DNA from: Lentzea sp.
GTDB taxonomy: Bacteria > Actinomycetota > Actinomycetes > Mycobacteriales > Pseudonocardiaceae
DNA: 64,000 nt
Direction of reading: 5' to 3'
NCBI RefSeq assembly: GCF_035525475.1
Contig: NZ_DATLEC010000208.1
Span: forward strand, 14,442 to 78,441
Of the stretch, positions 11,905 through 20,209 are shown piece by piece (the first letter of the stretch is position 1; every line of letters starts with the position of its first letter). The position numbers were made by a program, and so were the translations under genes. Below the pieces are notes generated by a model that did no database searches, had not been told where the DNA came from, and saw only the letters and a program-made list of their open reading frames with translations.

Positions 11905-11934
11905 AACCTATGTCGAGATCCCCGGACCTCGCAA
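11905..11934 (-). promoter_or_regulatory. Housekeeping sigma70-type promoter
   Basis: -35 TTGCGA (11934-11929), 18-nt spacer, -10 TAGGTT (11910-11905). Confidence 0.6.
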
Positions 11935-11986
11935 CGGACTTTTCTCACGCCGTCCGGCCCGCGGTTTTCGCGTAGAATCCGCACCC

Positions 11987-12244
11987 ATGGTGCGCATCCC
12001 ACTGACGTCGCTGGAACGGGAGCGCGGCAGACGGCTCGGCCAGTTGCTGCGGGACGCCCGCGGCGAGGAGAGCATGGTCGAGATCGCGGCCCGTGCGGGA
12101 CTGTCCGCGGAGACCGTGCGCAAGATCGAGACCGGACGTGCTCCCACGCCGTCGTTCTTCACGATCGCCGCTCTCGCCGGAGCGCTCGGCATCTCGCTCG
12201 ACTCGATCACCGAGCTGCTGGCCCCGCAGAGCCGATCTGCCTAG
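11987..12244 (+). CDS. XRE-family HTH regulator
   Basis: MVRIPLTSLERERGRRLG...AGLSAETVRKIETGRAPTPSFFTI. Confidence 0.88.
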   Translation: MVRIPLTSLERERGRRLGQLLRDARGEESMVEIAARAGLSAETVRKIETGRAPTPSFFTIAALAGALGISLDSITELLAPQSRSA

Positions 12245-12386
12245 ATCACCCACTCCGGTATTGAATTCCCCGGCCGGGTCAGGGAAATCCGGTTCTACCC
12301 CGCGCGTGCGCCGGTAAACCTTTGACTTCAAACCTGTGTCGTGTTGCCGTGGTGTCAGGAAAATGGCACTTCTCGACACGGGAGAA

Positions 12387-12917
12387 ATGATGAGGTTCAT
12401 TTCAGCGGTCCTCGCCGCTCTTCTCTCCTTGACGCTCGTCACGGCGCCGGCGGCGACCGCGGTGCAGGTCGAGCGGGTCAGCCGCGCCGAGTTGCTGGAA
12501 CGCGCCGAGTCGTGGCGGACCGCGAACAACGGCAGCCAGGTCCCGTACAGCATGCAGGAGTACTGGACCGACGGTTATCGGCAGGACTGCTCGGGATTCG
12601 TGTCGATGGCCGCGAAACTGGGGAACGAGAATCCCTGGGGCGGACCGAACACCGTGGCACTCGCCTCGAGCGACTACACCGAGCCGGTGGCGATTTCCGA
12701 CCTGCTTCCTGGCGACCTCCTGATCGACGCGGTGGACGAGCCGGGCACCGACTTCCGGCACGTCGTGATCTTCGAGAAGTGGACGAAGGACGACCGTTCC
12801 GAGTACCTGGCCTACGAGCAGCGCGGCGGCTTCGGCACCGACCACCGCCCGCTCACCTACGGCCTGGAGCCGAACAGCGCGTACCAGCCCTACCGGCTCA
12901 GGAACGTGACCGGCTGA
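12387..12917 (+). CDS. Secreted NlpC/P60-like cysteine hydrolase
   Basis: Signal peptide (AxA), YRQDCSGFVSMA, LLPGDLL, HVVIFEKW. Confidence 0.75.
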   Translation: MMRFISAVLAALLSLTLVTAPAATAVQVERVSRAELLERAESWRTANNGSQVPYSMQEYWTDGYRQDCSGFVSMAAKLGNENPWGGPNTVALASSDYTEPVAISDLLPGDLLIDAVDEPGTDFRHVVIFEKWTKDDRSEYLAYEQRGGFGTDHRPLTYGLEPNSAYQPYRLRNVTG

Positions 12918-14265
12918 GCGACCGCGACCGGATGAGCCCGATCACGGCGAAGACGCCGACGAGCACGCCCGTGGACAGGATCTGCCCGCGGGCCTGCCCG
13001 TCGCTCAGCATCAGCACGACGACGGCGGCGATCGCCACCAGCGCGACCCAGGACAGGTACGGGAAGCCCCACATCGGGACCGCGGGGTCGGGTGTGGTGC
13101 GGCGCAGGCGGATCTGGGAGACCGCGACGAACGCCCAGACGATCAGCAGCGCCGAGCCGACGGCGTTGAGCAGCACCAGGAAGACGGTGTCGGGCCACAG
13201 GTAGTTGAGCAGCACCGAGAAGAACCCGAACGCCGTCGACGCCAGCACGGCGTTGCGCGGGACGCCGTTCTTCCTGCCCAGCAACGCCTTGGGCGCCTCG
13301 TCGCGTTCGGCGAGCGAGCTGAGCATGCGGGCGGCGCCGTAGAGGGTGGCGTTGATGGCGCTCAGCAGCGCCACGAAGATGACGACGTTCATGATCTGCC
13401 CGGCCGCCGGGATGCCGATCCTGTTCAGCACCGCCACGTACGGGCTGGCGCCGACCTCGGAGTCGTTCCACGGCAACAGGGTCACGACCACAACCATCGA
13501 GCCGAGGTAGAAGACGAGCAGCCGCGTCATCGACGTGCGGACCGCCTTCCTGATGGCGCGCGCGGGGTCCTCGGCGTCTGCGGCGGCGATCGTGACGACC
13601 TCCAGGCCACCGAACGCGAACACCGTCGCCATGAACCCGGCGACGACTCCGCCCCAGCCGTGCGGGAGGAAGTCGCTCAGGTTGGTCAGGCCGGGGGACT
13701 CGACGCCGGGCAGCACGCCCGCGATGGCCGCGGCGCCGAGTGCGAGGAACAGCACGATCGCGGCGACCTTGAGGCCCGCGAACCAGAACTCGAACTCGCC
13801 GAAGTGGCGGACGTCGGCGAGGTTCACGGCGGTGAGCACGGCCATGAAGAGCAGCACCCAGGCCCACTGCGGCACGGCGGGGAACCATCCCGAGGCGATC
13901 TTGGCGGCTCCTGTCGCCTCGACGGCGAGCACCACGCCGACCGCCGACCAGTAGACCCAGCCGACCGTGAAACCGGCCCACGGACCGATCGCCTTCTCGG
14001 CGTGCACGGAGAAGGCGCCGCCGCTGGGGTGTTCCGCGGCCATCTCGCCGAGCATGCGCATCACGAGCAGGGCCAGGGCTCCGGCCAGTGCGAAGGAGAT
14101 AAGCACCGCCGGTCCCGCCAGCGCGATGCCCGCGCCCGTCCCGACGAAGAGCCCCGCACCGATCACGCCACCCAGCGCGATCATGGTGACATGCCGTTCC
14201 CGCAGGTGAGTCACGCTCTCCAGCCCCGTTCGAGTGTGCCGATGGCCGGCCGATAGTGGATTCAT
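12898..14265 (-). CDS. Amino acid permease (APC family, GABA permease-like)
   Basis: RHVTMIALGGVIGAGLF, FGEFEFWFA, FAFGGLE; many TM segments; near gabT. Confidence 0.9.
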   Translation of the reverse strand: MNPLSAGHRHTRTGLESVTHLRERHVTMIALGGVIGAGLFVGTGAGIALAGPAVLISFALAGALALLVMRMLGEMAAEHPSGGAFSVHAEKAIGPWAGFTVGWVYWSAVGVVLAVEATGAAKIASGWFPAVPQWAWVLLFMAVLTAVNLADVRHFGEFEFWFAGLKVAAIVLFLALGAAAIAGVLPGVESPGLTNLSDFLPHGWGGVVAGFMATVFAFGGLEVVTIAAADAEDPARAIRKAVRTSMTRLLVFYLGSMVVVVTLLPWNDSEVGASPYVAVLNRIGIPAAGQIMNVVIFVALLSAINATLYGAARMLSSLAERDEAPKALLGRKNGVPRNAVLASTAFGFFSVLLNYLWPDTVFLVLLNAVGSALLIVWAFVAVSQIRLRRTTPDPAVPMWGFPYLSWVALVAIAAVVVLMLSDGQARGQILSTGVLVGVFAVIGLIRSRSLSRSRS

Positions 14266-14285
14266 GGCGGGGAAGAGTCAAATCG

Positions 14286-14301
14286 TGTGATCGGAGTTAC
14301 A
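14286..14301. promoter_or_regulatory. Possible CRP/GlxR site
   Basis: TGTGA-TCGGAG-TTACA (9/10 match to TGTGA-N6-TCACA) in the divergent intergenic region. Confidence 0.45.
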
Positions 14302-14330
14302 CCGCACCGGAACAAGTGAGGGTGAGATCG

Positions 14331-14816
14331 ATGAACTCGCCTAAGGGAGTACTGCCGTCCGGGGTCCTGCCGCAGCTCGACACGTTCTCCAGCGCGCTGG
14401 AGCGCTACTCGGACTGGGGGTGGCTCGTGCTGCGGTCGGAGAACCGGCTGCTGCTCACCACCGACCACCAGGTGTCCGCCGTGGAGATGGCGGCGGGGAT
14501 CGGCGGAGAGGTGCGGCACTACCTGTCCGTCCGGATGCTCGGCGGTCCGGTGGTGGTGCTGCCGGGGTCTCCCGGGCGATGGCTCCTCCTCACCGAGTCG
14601 GCAGACGAGGCCTCCCAGGTGAACCTGATCCGGTTGCGTGCGCGCGGGGCGCTGACGCACCGGCTGGGGACGCTGGTGCCGTTGCCGCCGTCGCGGATCG
14701 ACGGCGGTGGGGTCCGGTGGCTGGGCGAGGTGCCCTCCGGCCGGCCGTTCCTGCCGCCGTTCTCCGCCGTGGTGGCGGCGTTGAGGACGGTCACGGAGAC
14801 GTCCGGGATGCGCTGA
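14331..14816 (+). CDS. Hypothetical protein, possibly a degenerate Prim-Pol-like fold
   Basis: YSDWGW, GGPVV...RWLLL, VPLPPS...VRW pattern; GAGGG SD. Confidence 0.6.
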   Translation: MNSPKGVLPSGVLPQLDTFSSALERYSDWGWLVLRSENRLLLTTDHQVSAVEMAAGIGGEVRHYLSVRMLGGPVVVLPGSPGRWLLLTESADEASQVNLIRLRARGALTHRLGTLVPLPPSRIDGGGVRWLGEVPSGRPFLPPFSAVVAALRTVTETSGMR

Positions 14817-15101
14817 CGGGCGGCAGACGCACCGATTCGGCTCACCGGTTCTCCAGTGCGTTCGTGGCGACCTCGCCGATCGTCCGCTCGCGGCCGCTCA
14901 TCCGAAAAGATTTCCGCCGTGCGGGTTGTCCGGGCGGTGCTGGAAATCTGCTTCTCGCGGTAGGTGTTGACGAGTTCCACGATCTTCGCGCGACTCCTGG
15001 GAGTCACCCGCGACTACACCGGATGCGGCGGAAATTCACTCCACAAGACGCCGACGAGCCTCTAGCTTTGTGAGGTCGGACACCGGCGGAAGGAGCAGGG
15101 C

Positions 15102-15158
15102 ATGGACGGGTACGAAATCCTCGCCGACGAGGACGGGCACGTTCGCGGTTACGACTAG
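15102..15158 (+). CDS. Candidate 18-aa peptide MDGYEILADEDGHVRGYD
   Basis: AAGGAG SD 6 nt before ATG, GC3-rich codons, followed by a long hairpin. Confidence 0.5.
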   Translation: MDGYEILADEDGHVRGYD

Positions 15159-15163
15159 CGACC

Positions 15164-15217
15164 GCTCATCGGCCGCGTGAGGGAGTGACCCGAAGAGACT
15201 CCCTCGCGGCTCGAGCG
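15164..15217. terminator. Hairpin between the convergent small ORF and LacI gene
   Basis: GCCGCG-T-GAGGGAGT ... ACTCCCTC-GCGGC inverted repeat. Confidence 0.55.
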
Positions 15218-15227
15218 ACCTCTCTTC

Positions 15228-16190
15228 TCACGGTGCGGAATGCGCCTCGGCGGTGCTGGAACGCACCACGAGCGTCGTCGGGAGCTCCCGTTGGTCGGCA
15301 GGGCCGCCGTCCAGAAGAGCGGCCAGGAGGTCGACGGCGACCTCGCCGGCTTCCTCGGTCGGCATGTGGACGGTCGTCAGCGCCGGTGAGCACATCGCCG
15401 CGTACAGGATGTCGTCGAAGCCGGTCACGCTGATCTGCCGCGGCACCTGCACGTCGCGCGCCGCGAGGTGGCTCAACACTCCCAGCGCCATCAGGTCGTT
15501 GTACGCGATGAACACCGTCGCGCCGGTCTCGAGCGCCTGCTCGGCCGCCGCGACCCCGCCGCCGAAGTTCGGCTCGAACGACCCGAGCAGCCGCGCGCGG
15601 CCCCGCAGGCCCTGCATCCGCCGGGTGTTCGACCACGCCGCGGCCGGACCGCCCAGGTAGACGAAGTCGTCGTGGCCCAACGCCTCCAGGTGGGCGACGA
15701 CCTGCTCCATGCCGGAGGCGCTGTCCATCAGCACGGACGAGACGCCCGGCACGATCCGGTTGATCAGCACCAGCGGTGTCAGGGCCGCGAGCTCGGCGAC
15801 CGCCTCGTCGGGCAGCAGCGACGCGCACAGCACGACGCCGTCGACCTGCGCGGCCATCGTCCGCACCAGCTCCGCCTCGGTTTCGGGATCTTCCCTGCTG
15901 TCGCAGAAGAACACCGAGGTGCCCGCCTCGCCCGCCCGCGTCTGCACTCCCCGCAGCACGGACGGGAAGAACGGGTTGGTGAGGTCGGGCACCACGATGC
16001 CGAGGTTCCCGGTGCGGCCGGTGATCAGGCTGCGCGCGGCCCGGTTCGGCTGGTAGCCGAGCCCGGCCACGACGTCCAGGACCCGTTGCCGGGTGGCGTC
16101 CTTGACGAGACCCGGAGCGCTCAGCGCGCGCGAGACCGTCGAGACGGAGACCTGAGCCTGGCGAGCGACATCCCTGATGGTGACGGCCAC
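15228..16190 (-). CDS. LacI-family transcriptional regulator
   Basis: VTIRDVARQAQVSVSTVSR, GYQPNRAARSL, SVTGFDD, LVVRSST. Confidence 0.93.
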   Translation of the reverse strand: MAVTIRDVARQAQVSVSTVSRALSAPGLVKDATRQRVLDVVAGLGYQPNRAARSLITGRTGNLGIVVPDLTNPFFPSVLRGVQTRAGEAGTSVFFCDSREDPETEAELVRTMAAQVDGVVLCASLLPDEAVAELAALTPLVLINRIVPGVSSVLMDSASGMEQVVAHLEALGHDDFVYLGGPAAAWSNTRRMQGLRGRARLLGSFEPNFGGGVAAAEQALETGATVFIAYNDLMALGVLSHLAARDVQVPRQISVTGFDDILYAAMCSPALTTVHMPTEEAGEVAVDLLAALLDGGPADQRELPTTLVVRSSTAEAHSAP

Positions 16191-16241
16191 GCGTGCATCA
16201 TGGCAGTCAAGGTCAAGAAGGACTCAGTCGTCCGATGATCC

Positions 16242-17552
16242 TCAGAGATCCAGACCGGTCAGCACCAGCACGCGGGGCTCCGTGAGGTCCTCCATCGCCG
16301 CGCGCAGGCCCTCGCGGCCGGTGCCGGACTCCTTCACACCGCCGTACGGCATCTGGTCCGCGCGGTAGCTCGGCACGTCGCCGACGATCACGCCGCCGAC
16401 CTGGAGCCGTTGCGCCGCACGGAAGGCGAGCCGCACGTCGGTCGTGAACAGACCCGCCTGCAGCCCGTAGCGGGACGCGTTGACGAGGTCGAACGCCTCC
16501 TCGACGCTGTCCACCCTCCTCAGCGTCACGACCGGGCCGAACACCTCCTCGACGCTGACCTTCGCGTCCTCCGGCACGTCCGTCAGCACGGTGGGCGCGT
16601 AGGTGCGTCCGTCGCGGGTGCCACCGGTGAGGACCTTCGCGGACGCCTCCCGCACCCACGCCTCGACGCGGTCAGCGGCGGCGTCGTTGATCAACGGACC
16701 GACGTCACCCGCCACGTCGAGCTCGTTCACGTACCGCACAACGGCTTCCGAGACCGCGTCGTAGACGTCGGCGTGCACGTAGACGCGCTGCACCGAGATG
16801 CACGACTGGCCCGCCTGGTACATGGCGAACGTGGCGATGCGCTGCGCGGCGAACTCGACGTCCTGCCAGTCGGGAGCGACGATCGCGGCCGCGTTGCCAC
16901 CGAGCTCGAGCGTCACGTGCTTGCGCGGCACGCGTTCCCTGATGCCCCAGCCGACCGGGCCCGACCCGGTGAACGAGACCACCGGCAGCCGCGGGTCCTC
17001 GACCAGCTTCGCGGTGTCCTCGTTGGACAGGTGCAGCACCGACCAGGCGCCGTCGGGGAGGTCGGTCTCCGCCAGCACCTCGCCCAGCAGGAAGGCGACC
17101 TTCGGGGTGGCGGGCGCGGGCTTGAGCACGATCGGCGCGCCGACCGCGATCGCGGGAGCCACCTTGTGCGCCACCAGGTTCAGCGGGAAGTTGAACGGCG
17201 CGATGCCGAGCACCGGCCCGCGCGGCACACGGCGCACCAGGGCGAGGCGGCCCTCGGCGGACGGGTCGGTGTCGAGGCGCTGCAGCTCACCGGAGAACCG
17301 GCGGGCCTCCTCTGCGGCCCACCGGAACGTGGAGATCGCACGGGTCACCTCGGAGCGCGCCCACTTCAGCGGCTTGCCCGAGTCGTCGTTGATGGCCTGC
17401 GCGAACTCCTCGGCGCGCTCGGACAGGCGTCGTGACACGTGGTCCAGCGCGGCGGCACGGCGGTGCGCAGGCAGTGCGGCGAGCTCGGGAGCGACGGCGG
17501 CGGCCTTCGCTACCGCCGTCTCGACGTCTTCGGTGGTGTGGAAGGGAATCAT
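16242..17552 (-). CDS. Aldehyde dehydrogenase
   Basis: IAPFNFPLNL, FTGSGPVG, LELGGN, AGQSCIS, EEVFGPV, MPYGGVKESG; ATGA coupling to gabT. Confidence 0.93.
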   Translation of the reverse strand: MIPFHTTEDVETAVAKAAAVAPELAALPAHRRAAALDHVSRRLSERAEEFAQAINDDSGKPLKWARSEVTRAISTFRWAAEEARRFSGELQRLDTDPSAEGRLALVRRVPRGPVLGIAPFNFPLNLVAHKVAPAIAVGAPIVLKPAPATPKVAFLLGEVLAETDLPDGAWSVLHLSNEDTAKLVEDPRLPVVSFTGSGPVGWGIRERVPRKHVTLELGGNAAAIVAPDWQDVEFAAQRIATFAMYQAGQSCISVQRVYVHADVYDAVSEAVVRYVNELDVAGDVGPLINDAAADRVEAWVREASAKVLTGGTRDGRTYAPTVLTDVPEDAKVSVEEVFGPVVTLRRVDSVEEAFDLVNASRYGLQAGLFTTDVRLAFRAAQRLQVGGVIVGDVPSYRADQMPYGGVKESGTGREGLRAAMEDLTEPRVLVLTGLDL

Positions 17553-18865
17553 GCGAGCAGGGCTCCTTCGAGGACGTCGAGACCTTCGGCGAGCAGGTCG
17601 TCCGAGATGACCAGCGGGGGCAGCAGACGGATCACGTTGCCGTAAGTGCCGCACGTCAGCACGACGACACCCCGGTCGTGGCACGCCTTCGCGACGCGGG
17701 CGGCGATGTCGGGCGTGCGTTCGGTGAACTCGATCGCGAGCATCGCGCCACGGCCGCGGATGTCGGCGATGACGTCGGTCTTCTCCGCGACGGTCTTCTC
17801 CGCGACCGCCCTGAGCCGGCCGAGCACGGTCTGCTCGACGCGGCGTGCGGCGGAGTTGAGGTCGCGCTCGCGCATGGTGCGGATGGCGCCGAGGGTCGCC
17901 GCGCACGCCACCGGGTTGCCGCCATAGGTGCCGCCGAGCCCGCCGACGTGCACGGCGTCCATGATCTCGGCCCGGCCCGTGACGGCGGCGAGGGGCAGCC
18001 CGCCCGCGATGCCCTTGGCGGTGGTGACCAGGTCCGGCACCACGCCCTCGTGGTCGGAGGCGAACCACGACCCGGTGCGGCAGAAGCCCGTCTGGATCTC
18101 GTCGGCCACGAACAGCACACCGCGCTCACGGCACCACTGCGCGACCGCGGGCAGGAAACCCTCCGCGGGAACGATGAATCCGCCCTCGCCCTGGATCGGC
18201 TCGATCACGACGGCTGCCGTGTTGCCGGCGCCGACCTGCTTCTCGATGGCCGAGATGGTGCGCTGGGCCGCCTCGGCACCGGTGAGGCCGTCGTGCAGCG
18301 GGTAGGAGGCCGGCACCCGGTACACCTCGGGCGTGAACGGGCCGAACCTGTGCTTGTACGGCATGTTCTTGGCGGTCAGCGCCATCGTGAGGTTCGTGCG
18401 GCCGTGGTAGCCGTGGTCGACCACCACGACGGCCTGCCTGCCCGTGACGTGCCGGGCGATCTTGACCGCGTTCTCGACGGCCTCGGCGCCGGAGTTGAAC
18501 AGCACCGACCGCTTCTCGTGGTCACCGGGGGTGAGGGCGTTCAGCTCCTCGCAGACCTCGAGGTAGCTCTCGTACGGCGTGACCATGAAGCAGGTGTGGC
18601 TGAACCTGTCGATCTGCTCGTGCACCGCCTCGGCCACGGCGGGGGCGGGGTTGCCGACGCCCGTGACGGCGATGCCGGACCCGAGGTCGATGAGCTGGTT
18701 GCCGTCGACGTCGACCAGCAGGCCGTCGTCGGCGGAGGCGATGTAGACGGGCAGGCTCGAGCCGACGCCCGCGGCGACGGCGTCCCCGCGCCGCGCCTGG
18801 AGCTCCAGCGACCTGGGGCCGGGAATCGCGGTGACCAGCCGGTTCCTGGGCAGCGATCGGGTCAT
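17549..18865 (-). CDS. gabT: 4-aminobutyrate--2-oxoglutarate transaminase
   Basis: DLGSGIAVT, NSGAEAVENAVK, YHGRT, EPIQGEGG, ADEIQTG, TAKGIAGG, GGTYGGNP. Confidence 0.93.
   Translation of the reverse strand: MTRSLPRNRLVTAIPGPRSLELQARRGDAVAAGVGSSLPVYIASADDGLLVDVDGNQLIDLGSGIAVTGVGNPAPAVAEAVHEQIDRFSHTCFMVTPYESYLEVCEELNALTPGDHEKRSVLFNSGAEAVENAVKIARHVTGRQAVVVVDHGYHGRTNLTMALTAKNMPYKHRFGPFTPEVYRVPASYPLHDGLTGAEAAQRTISAIEKQVGAGNTAAVVIEPIQGEGGFIVPAEGFLPAVAQWCRERGVLFVADEIQTGFCRTGSWFASDHEGVVPDLVTTAKGIAGGLPLAAVTGRAEIMDAVHVGGLGGTYGGNPVACAATLGAIRTMRERDLNSAARRVEQTVLGRLRAVAEKTVAEKTDVIADIRGRGAMLAIEFTERTPDIAARVAKACHDRGVVVLTCGTYGNVIRLLPPLVISDDLLAEGLDVLEGALLA
17776..17805. repeat. Perfect 15-bp tandem duplication inside gabT
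   Basis: CGGTCTTCTCCGCGA x2, encoding VAEKT-VAEKT. Confidence 0.9.
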
Positions 18866-18946
18866 GCTCTCAGCATGGTCCTGGTCAGCGCGGGGCGCAC
18901 TGCCTGAAATGGCCATCTGTGGTGCGGAAGTTGTACAAACTGGCAC

Positions 18947-20209
18947 ATGCCGATCACGGTGCACGACCTCGCCCGGTCACTGGGGCTGCCCGTGCTGGCC
19001 GGGGACGTGTCGAGGCCGGTCGGATGGGTGCACGGCACCGAGCTCGCGGACCCCACGCCGTTCCTGGAGGGCGGCGAGCTGCTGCTGACGACGGGCCTCA
19101 CCGAGGTGGGGGAGCTCTACGTCGAACGGCTGGTGCGCGCGGGCGTGGTCGGGCTCGGCTTCGGGACGGGGCTGGGCCACGACGTGGTGCCCGCCGCGCT
19201 GGTGGACGCGGCGGGGAGGACCGGTCTGGGGCTGGTCGAGGTGCCGCGCGAGGTGCCGTTCATCGCGATCAGCAAGGCGGTGTCGAAGGCGCTCGCCGCG
19301 GACGAGTACGCCGCTCTCGCCCGCACCAGCGAGGCCCAGCGCGCGCTGACGAGAGCCGCGGTCAGGGCCGGTGTCGGCGGAGTGGTGCGCAGGCTGGGGC
19401 AGTGGGTCGACGGCTGGGTGGTGCTCCTCGACGAGGCCGGTCAGCCCGTGCACGCCCACAACGCGCGCCTCGTCCCGGACCTGTCGGCCGAGCTCGCCCG
19501 CCTGAAGGGCGTGGGCGGCCTGGCGAGCGCCGCGTTCGAGCTCGACGGCGTGCACGTGGTCCTCCAGGTCCTCGGCAGCCGCGCCAGGGGAGTCCTCGCG
19601 GTCGGCGCCGCCCGGCCCGATCCCGGCATCGTCAACACCGCAGCGTCGTTGCTCGTGCTCGCGCTCGCCCGGAACGACGCCGTGGACGCGGCCAGGAGGG
19701 AGCTCCGCGCAGGCCAGTTCCGGATGCTGCTGGCGGGACTCCCGGTCGACGGCCTGCCGGACCGGTTCCGGGTGGTCCTCACCGACGGACCGCCGGAGGA
19801 CACCGTGTTCTGGGCCGAACACGACGGCGACTTCGTCGTGCTCGGCAACGGGGTGGACGGTGTCGCATCGTCCGAAGTGGACGCGACTCAGGTCGCGCGC
19901 GGCTACCGCGAAGCCCGTCAGGCGCGCCGGGCGGGCGTCCGCACGTTCGAGGACCTCGCCGGGAATTTGCCGCTGCCGGACGGTTTCGCCGACGCGGTGC
20001 TGCGGCCGCTCGACGCCGAGACCCGTTCCACGCTGCGGGTGTGGCTGGCCCACCACGGCGCGTGGGACCCGGCGGCGGCCGAACTGGGCGTGCACCGGCA
20101 CACGGTGCGCAACCGCGTGCGCAGGGCCGAGCAGGCGCTCGGCCGGTCGCTGGACTCGCCCGGCGTACGTGCGGAACTGTGGCTAGCCCTCCACGGCGAA
20201 GGTCAGTGA
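18947..20209 (+). CDS. PucR-family transcriptional regulator
   Basis: WVHGTELADPTPFLEGGELLLTTG; C-terminal HTH AAAELGVHRHTVRNRV; divergent from gabT. Confidence 0.92.
   Translation: MPITVHDLARSLGLPVLAGDVSRPVGWVHGTELADPTPFLEGGELLLTTGLTEVGELYVERLVRAGVVGLGFGTGLGHDVVPAALVDAAGRTGLGLVEVPREVPFIAISKAVSKALAADEYAALARTSEAQRALTRAAVRAGVGGVVRRLGQWVDGWVVLLDEAGQPVHAHNARLVPDLSAELARLKGVGGLASAAFELDGVHVVLQVLGSRARGVLAVGAARPDPGIVNTAASLLVLALARNDAVDAARRELRAGQFRMLLAGLPVDGLPDRFRVVLTDGPPEDTVFWAEHDGDFVVLGNGVDGVASSEVDATQVARGYREARQARRAGVRTFEDLAGNLPLPDGFADAVLRPLDAETRSTLRVWLAHHGAWDPAAAELGVHRHTVRNRVRRAEQALGRSLDSPGVRAELWLALHGEGQ

Noticed and set aside
11902-11916. LexA SOS-box-like TCGAACCTATGTCGA
   Set aside because: One base short of TCGAAC-N4-GTTCGA and better explained as the -10 element of the minus-strand promoter; weak LexA binding is not excluded.
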